This document shows, piece by piece, positions 13,870 through 25,947 of a stretch of 64,000 nucleotides of DNA. How positions within the stretch are numbered: the stretch's first letter is position 1; each line of letters opens with the position of its first letter. Origin of the DNA: Octopus bimaculoides (Eukaryota). A program made the translations under genes and the position numbers. Below the pieces are notes generated by a model that saw only the letters and a program-made list of their open reading frames with translations, searched no databases and was not told where the DNA came from. The stretch is from contig NC_068994.1 of assembly GCF_001194135.2 (NCBI RefSeq), forward strand, positions 39,179,946-39,243,945, given 5' to 3'.

Positions 13870-14089
13870 CTCTTTAGCATTCAGATTACTCTGTGGAATG
13901 CAATGCTTATTTATTCACATTATTTTGAATTAATCATGCATTATCTCATAGCTATGTGATTTCAATGATGTGATTGTTTATTTTCAGAATGACATTGCTG
14001 GGTAGGTGTGAGAGGCTACATCTGGCCAATTTGAACATAAAACAAGAAGAATATTTTGGCTGGATATGGCCAGTTTAAATGCTAAAGGG
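13870..14089. mobile_element. piggyBac-like MITE, copy 2 (inverted relative to copy 1); partial third copy at about 57437-57510
   Basis: TTAA|ctctttagcattcag ... taaatgctaaaggg|TTAA; the internal sequence is the reverse complement of copy 1. Confidence 0.8.
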
Positions 14090-15745
14090 TTAAGGTATTT
14101 ACACTGGTTACACCAGAATACACAAATACAAACAACACACAAACACAAACAATGCACACAGACACACTGACACCAACACACACACACACACACACACATT
14201 CAAAGTATGCTAGAAATGCTTCCGGCAAAATTATCTTTCACAAACAATTTTTGCATATCTTGGAGAAATTATGTGAATGATGTTGAGGTTTTGGAGCTAG
14301 TAAGTGTTGTGACCATAGATGTTCTCTAGCAACATAATAGACTGATGTGAGTAGGGTGTATAGTTTGTACGGAAGACCAAAAAAATTTTAAATGTCTATT
14401 CTATGGAAAAGCAATGTTCCGGAAAAGAAAAAAACTCTCCTTTTCACAAACTAAAATTAAGATGCAAAAACTGCCTTAAATCTGATCTAAATAAAAGGTA
14501 ATATTCATGTGGAGAGTCGAAAAAAATTATTATTAATAGGGCATCATAAAAAGATATATAGTTATTGTGTTCAAGCATTTTGAAAAGACTCGCATTAAAC
14601 ACACACAAGTGAAATTAGACACAAAGAAAGAAACACTTAAGTATTATGTAATAATCTTGTCAAATGTTCAACTTGTAATCAAATTTTTAATTCTAATACT
14701 GACCTTTTTAGCCACTCAAGATCACACGAACTGAAGCTGGATGAAAATATATTATCACAACCTAATTTAATATAATCTCTGCCAATCCCGATCCAGGGAA
14801 ATAGATAGGTGGAACTGTGAGAAAAATTTGGCAGTTTTTGTCCTAGCTCTTCGCATCCCCATAATTTAGCAGTTTAACATGATAACAGATAAGCAAGGAG
14901 TTTAGAATGGAGTATAGTGGAGGAGGGAGAGGGGGAGTGAGTGAGAGAGAGAGAGAGAGAGAGAACAGTGACTGAAAGCACAGAAAGGTGGTGACTGAAG
15001 CAGGCTTCTTAATTATACAGTGATAGAAAAACTATACAAAAATTCAATTAATTAATTAATTAAATTTGTGTAAAACAAAATTATGAATAACATGTCTTTT
15101 CAAGATCTTCAAGTGTTAGTATCATTATTCTGAAGCCTTAAATTACATTATTTTAAAATTCTGTGGTGTACTTAGACATATTATGGGGCATGTTAGTGCC
15201 CTGCAGTGCACTGTTAGAAAATGACTGCTCTGGATGGTATCCAAGGAAAAGCCATGTGAAAGATTCAGTAACTTTCTACAACCACTAATTCAGCTCAAGG
15301 GAACCTCTGTGTAACCACTTGACATGCTAGGAATATCAGCTTAAGAGCCACTTACTTACTCATTTATATATTAATAGGAAGGTTTCCTAAAGCAAATAAC
15401 ATGCTTAGGATGTAAAATAGAAATCATATGAATAAATGTTGATGAAGTAACCAACCTTGCAATACTTGCATTACTAAGCAATATCACAAAATTCCTGATA
15501 AGAGAATGATGAATTAACATTAAGTTGCAATGAAAAAGAAAGCATAATGAATAATAGCATTTGAGAGAATGAAATTGTTCTATAAATTTTTCCAGCACCT
15601 GCTAGCATGGAAAAATAAATGATTCACGAGGAACAATAACTAAATAATGAAAGAAACCAAAAAAGAAAAACAATCTCCGAATTCATAGAGTGTTTTATCA
15701 ATGGGAATTCTACAGTCCACAGTTACAGAAACCAATGGATTCTTT

Positions 15746-15777
<32 letters not shown>

Positions 15778-16663
15778 CAATTATCAAACTAAGCATCCAA
15801 ATTTATTTTTTTAAATTGTTTCATCCAACGTTTATAAAAATGGTGTTATTTTTATGTTGTATTATAAAACTATCATAATGTATTTTGAGAATTATCACCT
15901 CTGAAAGCTATTTATTTCTACTCCTCCCTCAGTCATGACTAAAATATAAGTTTTCATTATAAATCATTCATTCAATTCTTAATGCTTAATGTATATGTAT
16001 GCATGTATTCATATACATACAGGCATACATACATACATTCATATAAATATGTGCGCATATGAATGTATGGATGGATATAGTTCAACTGATATTATTATCG
16101 TTCATCTGCATTAAAAGGTATAGAACTAAAGATTGCTTCTGCAAATTAGCTTTTCCTGTAGCGACATCACAAACAGATGGTTACAGCAAATGTCACAATT
16201 CGAGGAGTGGAGGCTGGCTTCATTTACAAGGCCAGATACATGATAAGTAGATTAAGCATTGGCAATTAAAATACAATGTATGGCTAGCTAATCCATATTA
16301 CCTTTCGTTCTTAGTTAATATACTTAATGACATGAAACAAAAAAAAAACAAAAAAACTGATTTTAATCATTTGAAATTTGACCCATAATGTAGACCCGAG
16401 AAATATTAGGGAGATAACTCCACTTTCTTTTTCATCTGTTTCTGTCATTGGACTGCAGTCATGCTGGAGCACTGCCTTCAAGGATTTAGTCAAAAAAATC
16501 AACCTCAGTACTTATTTTTAAGTCCGATACTTATTCTGTTGGTCTCTTTTTGCTGAACCGTTGATGTTATGGAAATATAAACAAACCAATGCCAAGTGCT
16601 AAGTGGTAGAGAGAGAGAAACAAAAGCCCAAAGACACATCCATACAAATATACACACATACAT

Positions 16664-16701
<38 letters not shown>

Positions 16702-16961
16702 NNNNNNNNNNNNNNNNNNNNNNNNNNNNNNNNNNNNNNNNNNNNNNNNNNNNNNNNNNNNNNNNNNNNNNNNNNNNNNNNNNNNNNNNNNNNNNNNNNN
16801 NNNNNNNNNNNNNNNNNNNNNNNNNNNNNNNNNNNNNNNNNNNNNNNNNNNNNNNAACAAGGTTACAAAGTGAGCGTCTTAACTTCACAACCATGCCAAT
16901 ATACTCAAATGAAACTGATTTAAAATACTACTGCACATTCTGAACACCAATATTTTTTTTT

Positions 16962-17171
16962 TTACTCTACGCACAAGACTCGAAATTTTGGGGGAAGGGG
17001 CCAGTCGATTAGATTGACTCCAGTACGCAACTGGTACTTAATTTATCGACCCCAATAGGATGGAAGGCAAAGTCGACCTTGGTGGAATTTGAACTCAGAA
17101 TGTAAAAACAAACGAAATACCACTAAGCATTTCGCCCGGAGTGTTAATGATTCTGCCAGCTTGCTACCTTT
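16962..17171 (-). mobile_element. SINE family C. Other copies at about 8645-8858, 11190-11395, 18425-18630, 21625-21875, 27790-27985, 30000-30180, 30330-30545, 35480-35675 and 40580-40770
   Basis: Block ctggtacttaatttatcgacccc..ggatggaaggcaaagtcgacct..gaatttgaactcagaa. Confidence 0.82.
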
Positions 17172-18255
17172 GAGCACCAATAATTTGATAAGTACATTGG
17201 ACAGAAAAAGAGAACAACCACAAGATGTATGGGAGAGGAAGCTAGATAAAAGATACTGAAAATGATCATGAACAGTAACTGGTAATATGTTTTTAATGTC
17301 CTATAAAAATTGTGCAGATGTTCCTAAATTTAAAGTTATCAAATGAATGCCATTAAAAGTTGTATATAATTTCATATTCAGCCAAATGAAACATTATATA
17401 TTAAGGTAATTTGATCACTTTTACATTATATTAATATTAAAAAAATAAACTAAATATAAATTTATTTGAAAATAAACAAGTATTAGTTTTTACACAACAT
17501 AGAAGAAAATAACAGAAAATGATATTATACAATCAAAATAAAATGGGAAACCTTAGAAATACTTTGTTTTTGTATCTGGCTTGCAAGATTCTTTATGTGA
17601 ATTTGTGTCCTGAAACAAATTTTGTTGTGTCTAAGGAGAGTCATTATGCCTGTATTATTGACACATGGGCTAGTTCAATTCCACTCTTTTACTATTATTC
17701 AATTTCTTGAATATCCAACTAACTAATCATTTGTTTGTTTAATTTGGTTAGACAATAAGACATTTTGTTTTTCAAAGCTCTTTTGTTGTTATTTGCAACC
17801 TTTTCAATGACTTTCAACTTAGTCCACTATGTAGGCTGTGTTTGTCTGCTTGAGACCTTGTTGCATGTATGTGCATGCCAGTGTGTGCATCCACTTATGT
17901 ACATACTTTAGCATCTCGATTCTTGGCATAAAGCCACCTCTCTCAACACTACAACCTGATGCTATCAAGGGTGCTTGTCTTGCATGTTACTTACCACAAA
18001 AAAAAAAGAAAAGCGCCCAATAAACTTTGTAAATTATTTGGCATTTGGAAAGCTATCCAACTCCAGAAGCCATGCCAAAGCGGTCATTAAAACTCAATGC
18101 AGCCCTCTAGCTTATCAGATTCTGTCAAACCATCAAACCATGTCAGTATGAAATATAGACCTCAATGATGATGATGATGATGATCCTCAATCACAATCGT
18201 TTTTACTATGTGTGTAGGTATATACATGTATGTGTGTTTCTATGTGTATATATGT

Positions 18256-18287
<32 letters not shown>

Positions 18288-18706
18288 CGTTTAATCGTTT
18301 AACGTCCGCTTTCCATGCTATATATATACACAAATATATTTATGTGTGTGTGTATGCATACATACTTACATATGCATACGTATACATATATATAAATATG
18401 CTTAATATATAAACATAAATAAGATGGTTAGCCAGCACAATCATTAACATGCTGGGTAAAATGCTTAGCACCATTTTGTCCGTCTTTACATTTTGAGATC
18501 AACATACACCAAGGTGCACTTAGCTTTTCATCCTTTCTGAGCCAATAAAACAAGTACCAGTTGAACACTGGGTTTGATGTAATTTACTTACCTCTTCCCT
18601 GAAATTACTGGTCTTGTGCCAACATTTTAAACCAATATTTAAGCATAAATATGCCTATACATATGTGTATATGTATGTATCTATATATATGTATGTGTGT
18701 GTATGA

Positions 18707-18748
<42 letters not shown>

Positions 18749-18773
18749 GTGTGTGTGTGTGTGTGTAAATATG

Positions 18774-18818
<45 letters not shown>

Positions 18819-20094
18819 TTATGAATGCTTGTGTACATGCATATGTATAAATATATATAAGAAAACATAAAATGAAGGAATATCAATGAACAACAATTGA
18901 CTTACATCAATAATAGATGATATAATTCACTTGTTGTTCATCAATATTTCTCCATTTTTTGCTTTCTTTAAATTTTGATTCCTGATAAACTCATGTTTAT
19001 CCTTGTCTTTACCTGTAATTTATGAGCATAGTATGCTTGCATATGTATGCCCATGGTTAAACATAAGTAATACATCGATAGTTTAATGGATACTTCTATC
19101 CCTTAGACAATTATTTTAACCTCTAACTCAGCTAACCTTTTAAATATATATATATGCAGGTAATATTTATTGCCACAGAAAGGTATTCTCAAGCTAGAAA
19201 CCTAGCCTGAGTTTTCACAGCAAAATAGTCAACAATAAAAAAAGAAAATCACCCAAGATGCCAAGTAGGTATGTCAGACAAGGTGGTTGGATAAGTCTAC
19301 AATCCAAGAGGGTCATTGTGGAATTTGAACTCAGAATGCAAAAACTCACAAGTAAGTACCATTGGGCTTCCAGTCTAATCCATTACCTTGGATTGGCACT
19401 TATTTATTAACTTCCCAAAAAATGAAAGGCAAATTTGTACCTGCAGTGCAATGAAATATTGAAATGCAGCTAAAGTTTGAAACAGTATTCAGCTATAAAA
19501 AACAAACATGGTAAAACACAGCAAAGTTGGTAGATTTTATTTATTGTTAAGTCTGCATGATAACAAAATACTGAGACCTATTCTCATCCATGCCAGAATG
19601 GAAATACAGATGAAAATTGATGAGAATGGTAATGATATATTATTTTAATATTTTTCATCATAGAGTTGGCAAGTAATTTGTCTGTTAGCCAACAAGAGCA
19701 ATTTTTTATGTTCAGTCCAAAATTGTCTTTTTCAATCATTATTGTAATACCACTCTTTAAAATGTCAATTGGATACAGACTTAAAAAAAGGACAGTGTAC
19801 TAACTGGATTTGACTGAGTTTTCTTAATATCAAGTGGACTAGTTTCATGATATTGTAACTGCAAACTCTCTAGTGGTTGTTAAATTTATTTAAAATATAT
19901 TTCTTTTGTTTTGTTTGCAAAATTTTGTAGATTTAATTGTGTTCCTAAATTTTAAAATAAGTTTCCTCTACTATCGTGTCTTGTTTTGTTGTATGCTAAA
20001 TACTTTTATTTTTCTCATCTTATTTCAGTGTACCGAATAAATACTTAGGTAGAACAAATTCTGAACAAGTAAATACTTTCTATTTTTGTGGAAT

Positions 20095-20150
<56 letters not shown>

Positions 20151-20152
20151 CC

Positions 20153-20254
20153 TTCCTCCAAGTGAAGGGTAGATTGTATAATGCATGTGTACGAACAGCA
20201 ATGCTAGATGATAGTGAGACAAGGGTCATGTATGCAGAGGACATGCAAAGAGCT
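20153..20254 (+). mobile_element. RTE-clade LINE ORF fragment
   Basis: LQVKGRLYNACVRTAMLDDSETRVMYAEDMQR resembles the RTE motif KGRLYxACVRxAMLYGSETW. Confidence 0.7.
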
Positions 20255-22039
20255 ATATTTCTTGTAAATCATTATTTCAGAACATTCAACTGAAAAACAA
20301 AATGGATGAAGATATCTATTTTTTTTTATATCAGTTGTCCATGGCAAACTTGCTAAGGAAAAATTTTAACAAAAAATTTTAAAATGTTTAGTTACAGAGT
20401 ATTTTATGGTTAATATAATTTCAGCAGGAATTGTAGAGCATTGGACAACATTCCTTGCTGTATTTTGTTACGTTTCTTTATGTTTTGAGTTCAAATCACA
20501 TGAGGGTTGAGCTTACCTTTTCCCCAAGATTCAATACCCATCGAAAATAAATTTTTTCCAACCAGTTAAAAAGGAATTTTTCATTCAATTGAAGGCAGAT
20601 TTTTTTTCTTTTTTTTTTTTCAAGTAACTGGAAAAGCCTTTCTTTTGTCTCAGAAAGAATGGTTAGTCCCAAAACATTAGATTTCTCTTCTCTCCTCAGC
20701 ATATGAACTTATTAAAACCCTTGAAGTTAATTGCACATTTCAATTGTATAGCAATGACTACAGTGATAACTACTATGAAAGACGTCTAATTTGATAGTTA
20801 AATCAATCAGTGTCATGCACTGTTGAGCAAAACGTATGTTAATATCAAGTCTGAGCTGAAATGAGTTCACTTATGCCAATACACTGGTTAGAAAAAAAAA
20901 ATAATAATAATGAAGCAAAGAATGAAAATTCTCATTTTTCTGTCCTTTTAGATATAGGACTTCTGTGCCTAGCCAGCAGGAACCAATATTTCAATAGACC
21001 AGAAGTTGCTATTGATTAACTTAAACTATGTTTTTGACAAATACTTTAATTTTCACTTGTCAAATGCATATAAAACAGTACAATTTATTATTGTAAGGGG
21101 AAGATGGACCGGACCCTATCTTTATGAAGATAGATGCTATGAGAAGGTATTATTTATTACTGTAGTGTTTTGTTAGTTTGCAATGTAAAAAAATCACTTG
21201 TCTGTTTTTCCTGGAATCATTACATAAAGTTTTTTTATGATGCCTCAGTGACCTTGCTGGCTGTGCGACATTTGGTATTTAAAAAAAAAAATTTTCTTAA
21301 TAATAAATGCAGACAGTCTTTGATGTAATTATTTGAAATTAAATATTGATTAATTCATGTAATATTATATTCTGCTTTAACTTTTAAAAATACTGTAGCT
21401 GAATAAAGTATTGACTAAATAAAGTAAACAACTTCAGTCACTCAGTAATTTTTGTTTTCATATGAAAGATAAGATTTCAATTTGGAAATAGGCAAGTTAG
21501 GATGGTTTTGAGAAATGGAGATTTATGATAGACATGCTTCTCTTAAAGAATTCACCAATAAGGATATGCCACGTTTGTTTCTTTTAATTGCATGGAAATA
21601 TAAATAATATTTATATCATGCAAGCAGCAAGCTGGCTGAACCATAAATACACTGGACAAAATTCTTTAAGGTGACAAGCTGGCAGAAATGTTAGCATGCC
21701 AGGCAAAATGCTTAGCAGTACTTCATCTGTCTTTATGTTCTGAGTGCAAGTTCCGCCAAGGTCAACTTTGCCTTTCAGGGTCACTGAAATAAGTACTAGC
21801 TGCATACTGAGGTTGATATAATCGATTCCCCCACTCCTCTGAAATTGCTAGCCTTGTGCCAAAACCTGAGACCAATATTCATATGAAAAAAACATCATTG
21901 CATCACATTTTTCTTGATCATAAGCAGTACTCAATCAGAGTTCTTTCAATTGATCCAGCTGCTGGATTTCACTAAGTTAGAGTATATACTTAACAGCTTG
22001 GACCACATCATAACAACTAGTTTTCTTCCGTAGACTGGA

Positions 22040-22420
22040 AGAGAATTAATCCTCCAGCAATTAAAGATACTGTACAAAGCTCTGGTGTGGTCCACAGCCA
22101 AGTATTGAACAAGTGCTACTGCTACAACATATGCAGACATTCTGAATCATATTCAGAAGCCCACCAGTCTGACTGGCATAATGTCTCGAGCAGAAATGTT
22201 CTAACATGCTGTCTCTCCTAATTAAATCTACCAGTACTATAATGGCTTCTGCTCCTCAGGGCAGCTCCACTCAGGTTTTCCTGTCAAACTCCCATCTCCT
22301 CTAATCATTCAGGCCTTACACATATGACTACGCTTAAAATGTCAGTCCTTTCTTTCCAGAATCTAGATTCAGTGGAAGCTTACTCTCCACCACTATCATC
22401 ACTTCCTTATATTTTTCTTG
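22040..22420 (+). mobile_element. Decayed CR1/L2-group LINE 3' fragment
   Basis: LKILYKALVWSTAKY..DILNHIQK resembles LYKxLVRPxLEY..LxxIQ. A downstream SFFP/WNxLP-like remnant is present. Confidence 0.55.
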
Positions 22421-24685
22421 CAAGTATTAGCTTACAAAGTTAAGAGGAAAATTGAACATTTAAGGTATCAATTTTACTGATCTGGTAGGTCCTGCAAAGA
22501 CTGTTAGCACTGCCCATTTTCTTCAGAACCAGCAATTAAAGAGAAAATGGTATATGTGAATGGACAAGAAGTCATTGTTGATAATCTACAACTGCTGCTG
22601 CTATGTGGTTAAATCAGACAGTGAATCCTCGATTATAAACACAAAACCAATATGTTCCATTAAAAAAAAATGCTCCATAGCTACTTAATGTCTTAAGTAT
22701 TTAAATACACAATTTGGAAGCAATGACTTAATAGGGTTAATTTATCTTTTGCAGTTTCACAAAACTGTTAGAATAAATAGTTGGAATAATGCTAGAGTAG
22801 GGTAAGTTGATATATTGGTTAAGAGAATCTGTTTGCCTCCCATTTCATATTGAATTATAGAGTACAAGGGAAAAGAAAACATAAAAAAAAACACAATTAG
22901 ACATTATAAGGACAGAGCAAAAAGAGTAATTTAAGACGTTAATTACAGATAAGTTTCTTGCAATCCTGGTGTCTTGAATGCGCTTAGAATTTTAATATGC
23001 AAAAATAGCATTTTAAAAATAAATATAAAAAGGAAAATAATGCTGAAAGGTGAGGCATAAATTTGAAAAAGAATTGATTTTCCTTTTGTTCCTTTTTTTT
23101 TTTTTTTTATAAGTGATCAAGTTATATATTTCCTTTACAACTATTAGTTCTCTTGCTGTGAAAGGAAAAATACTTATTTCAGTAAAACTATATAACTATA
23201 TCTTTACAATGCTATTCTTGCAGTTAAGATATTTTTATTTTTTATCTTCAATAACAGAATATTTTGTACTATCAAAAAATAAATAATAAATAAATAAATA
23301 AATAAAATTTAAAAAACCAAAAGAAAGAAAGAAATCAGTAAAGATGTTTAGTTGTGAATAATGTCAACTATATTCTTTATTTTTTCATTTTCAGTACCTT
23401 TTACACCTATTTTCTAGCTTTTAGTTCTAATTGGCTGACCTGATAGGCTGATATATTGTAATCTGCTGCATTGGTGATAGTTAAACACTTAATATGGGAT
23501 ATTTTGTCCATAGCCAAGACTGCCAACATTCTGTGGACTAGCTGGTTGTTATTCTGTACTTAATGGGCAGAAGAATAACTATGGTTCAGGAAATTAACTT
23601 CAACATCATGTGTTTTTGGATGAAGTTAATTCTGAGTTTGACTTTACTGCAAAACACAATAAACACGTATCTTCTTCTATAATTATAGATTGATCAATGC
23701 ATTTGTGAGCAACATATAGTAAACATTATACACACACACATATATAAATGCATACACACACACACACACTCACACACACACACACACACTCACACACACA
23801 CACACACACTCACACACATACATATTAATGAAATTCCAACTACGTCTGATTTTCAAATTTTATTATCTGCACATTATTTTACAATTTTAAAATATTGAAA
23901 TAACCTAGTACTTTTATGTGTTACATAATCATCAGGTTTATGTAGTGACAGTCATGTTCCACAATTGACAATTGTGTTCCACAAACATACAAACTCAAGA
24001 TATATATATATATATCCTCATCATCATCATCATTGTTTAACATCTGCAATGTGCAGATAATTTCTTCCCGTTCTCCCCCCAGTCTAGAACGCCTTGCAGA
24101 AATGAAAAATATCATGGATACTGGACTTTCTGCTTTGTCTTAATGATATTAAAAAACAAGAAAAAAAAAAAAAAGAAACTTATTAACACATGATGTTCAC
24201 TAATGNNNNNNNNNNNNNNNNNNNNNNNNNNNNNNNNNNNNNNNNNNNNNNNNNNNNNNNNNNNNNNNNNNNNNNNNNNNNNNNNNNNNNNNNNNNNNNN
24301 NNNNNNNNNNNNNNNNNNNNNNNNNNNNNNNNNNNNNNNNNNNNNNNNNNNNNNNNNNNNNNNNNNNNNNNNNNNNNNNNNNNNNNNNNNNNNNNNNNNN
24401 NNNNNNNNNNNNNNNNNNNNNNNNNNNNNNNNNNNNNNNNNNNNNNNNNNNNNNNNNNNNNNNNNNNNNNNNNNNNNNNNNNNNNNNNNNNNNNNNNNNN
24501 NNNNNNNNNNNNNNNNNNNNNNNNNNNNNNNNNNNNNNNNNNNNNNNNNNNNNAAATATTGAAATAACCTAGTACTTTTATGTGTTACATAATCATCAGG
24601 TTTATGTAGTGACAGTCATGTTCCACAATTGACAATTGTGTTCCACAAACATACAAACTCAAGATATATATATATATATATATCC

Positions 24686-24917
24686 TCATCATCATCATCA
24701 TTGTTTAACATCCGCTTTCCATGCTAGCATGGGTTGGACGACTTGACTGAGGACTGGTGGACCAGATGGCTACACCAGGCTCCAATCTGATTTGGCAGAG
24801 TTTCTACAGCTGGATGCCCTTCCTAATGCCAACCACTCTGAGAGTGTAGTGGGAGCTTTTACGTGCCACCGGCATGAAGGCCAGTCAGGCGGTACTGGCA
24901 ATGGCCACGCTCAAAGT
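24686..24917 (-). mobile_element. Family B element 3' portion
   Basis: Same 3' sequence as the other family B copies. Confidence 0.85.
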
Positions 24918-25344
24918 ACTGAATAGAATGCCTAATGGTATTTGTTTTGAGTTCAAATTCTGTCTAGACCAACTTTACTTTCATTATTTCATGGCCAATA
25001 AAATAGTCCTAATTCAGGTAAAGGATTAGTGGGACTGTTAGAGGGTCTGTGATACAGGTCTTGGCTCTTTACATTCTGTCAGAACCACATATGACAATAC
25101 TGATTCCAAATTCTATTGACCCAAATTGGTAAATCTTTGAAAGTCTCCCATCTCTATTATGGCATGAAGAGAAGGAAACTTGCATGCATGAGAGCTTTCC
25201 CAAATAACCTTGCTCAATCCTGCACATATATGCACAAATGCATGATCACTTTTGATTGAGTGAGGCCTTATACAGTTTATCAGAGTACACTCAGAGACTA
25301 AACAGCAACAACAACTATATTATCATTAGAGAAATCCAAATGTT

Positions 25345-25580
25345 CCATCCAAACTTGGCCAATGCTAGTGCCCCTTCACTGGCTCCCATGCCAGTATTGG
25401 GTTAAAAGCACCCACTACACTCTCAGAGTGGTTGGTATTAGGAAGGGCATCCAGCTGTAGAAACATTGTCAGATCAGATTGGAACCTAGTGCAACTCACT
25501 GGCTTGCCAGACCTCAGTCAAACTGTCCAACTCATGCTAGCATGAAAAGCGGATGTTAAACGATAATGATGATGATGATA
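25345..25580 (+). mobile_element. Family B element 3' portion (opposite orientation)
   Basis: ..ggaagggcatccagctgtagaaac..gcatgaaaagcggatgttaaacgataatgatg. Confidence 0.8.
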
Positions 25581-25845
25581 AATCCTATTACAATTATTTT
25601 TGCTGTATATGATTATCACTGACTAGAAATTTTAATAACTTCATAAGTAAGCAAACACAAAAAAAAAAAAAATTAAATGTGCATATTCTGTACATCATTT
25701 TCATTATTCCTAAAGTTTAAATTAAAACTTTTAATTCCACTGAAGAGTATGAAGAAATGACTATCTCTCTTATATTCTTTGTCCATTAGTGAACATCATG
25801 TGTTAATAAGTTTCTATTTTTTTTTTTTCTTGTTTTTTAATATCA

Positions 25846-25947
25846 TTAAGACAAAGCAGAAAGTCCAGTATCCATGATATTTTTCATTTCTGCAAGGCCT
25901 TCTAGACTGGGGGGAGAACGGGAAGAAATTATCTGCACATTGCAGAC
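25846..25947 (-). CDS. Weak candidate terminal coding exon (VCNVQIISSRSPPSLEGLAEMKNIMDTGLSALS*), possibly of the protocadherin
   Basis: Acceptor ttcaggacag|GTC gives phase 0, compatible with the donor at 46546. 33 open codons, then TAA and AT-rich UTR-like sequence. No homology recognised. Confidence 0.2.
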   Translation of the reverse strand, partial: VCNVQIISSRSPPSLEGLAEMKNIMDTGLSALS

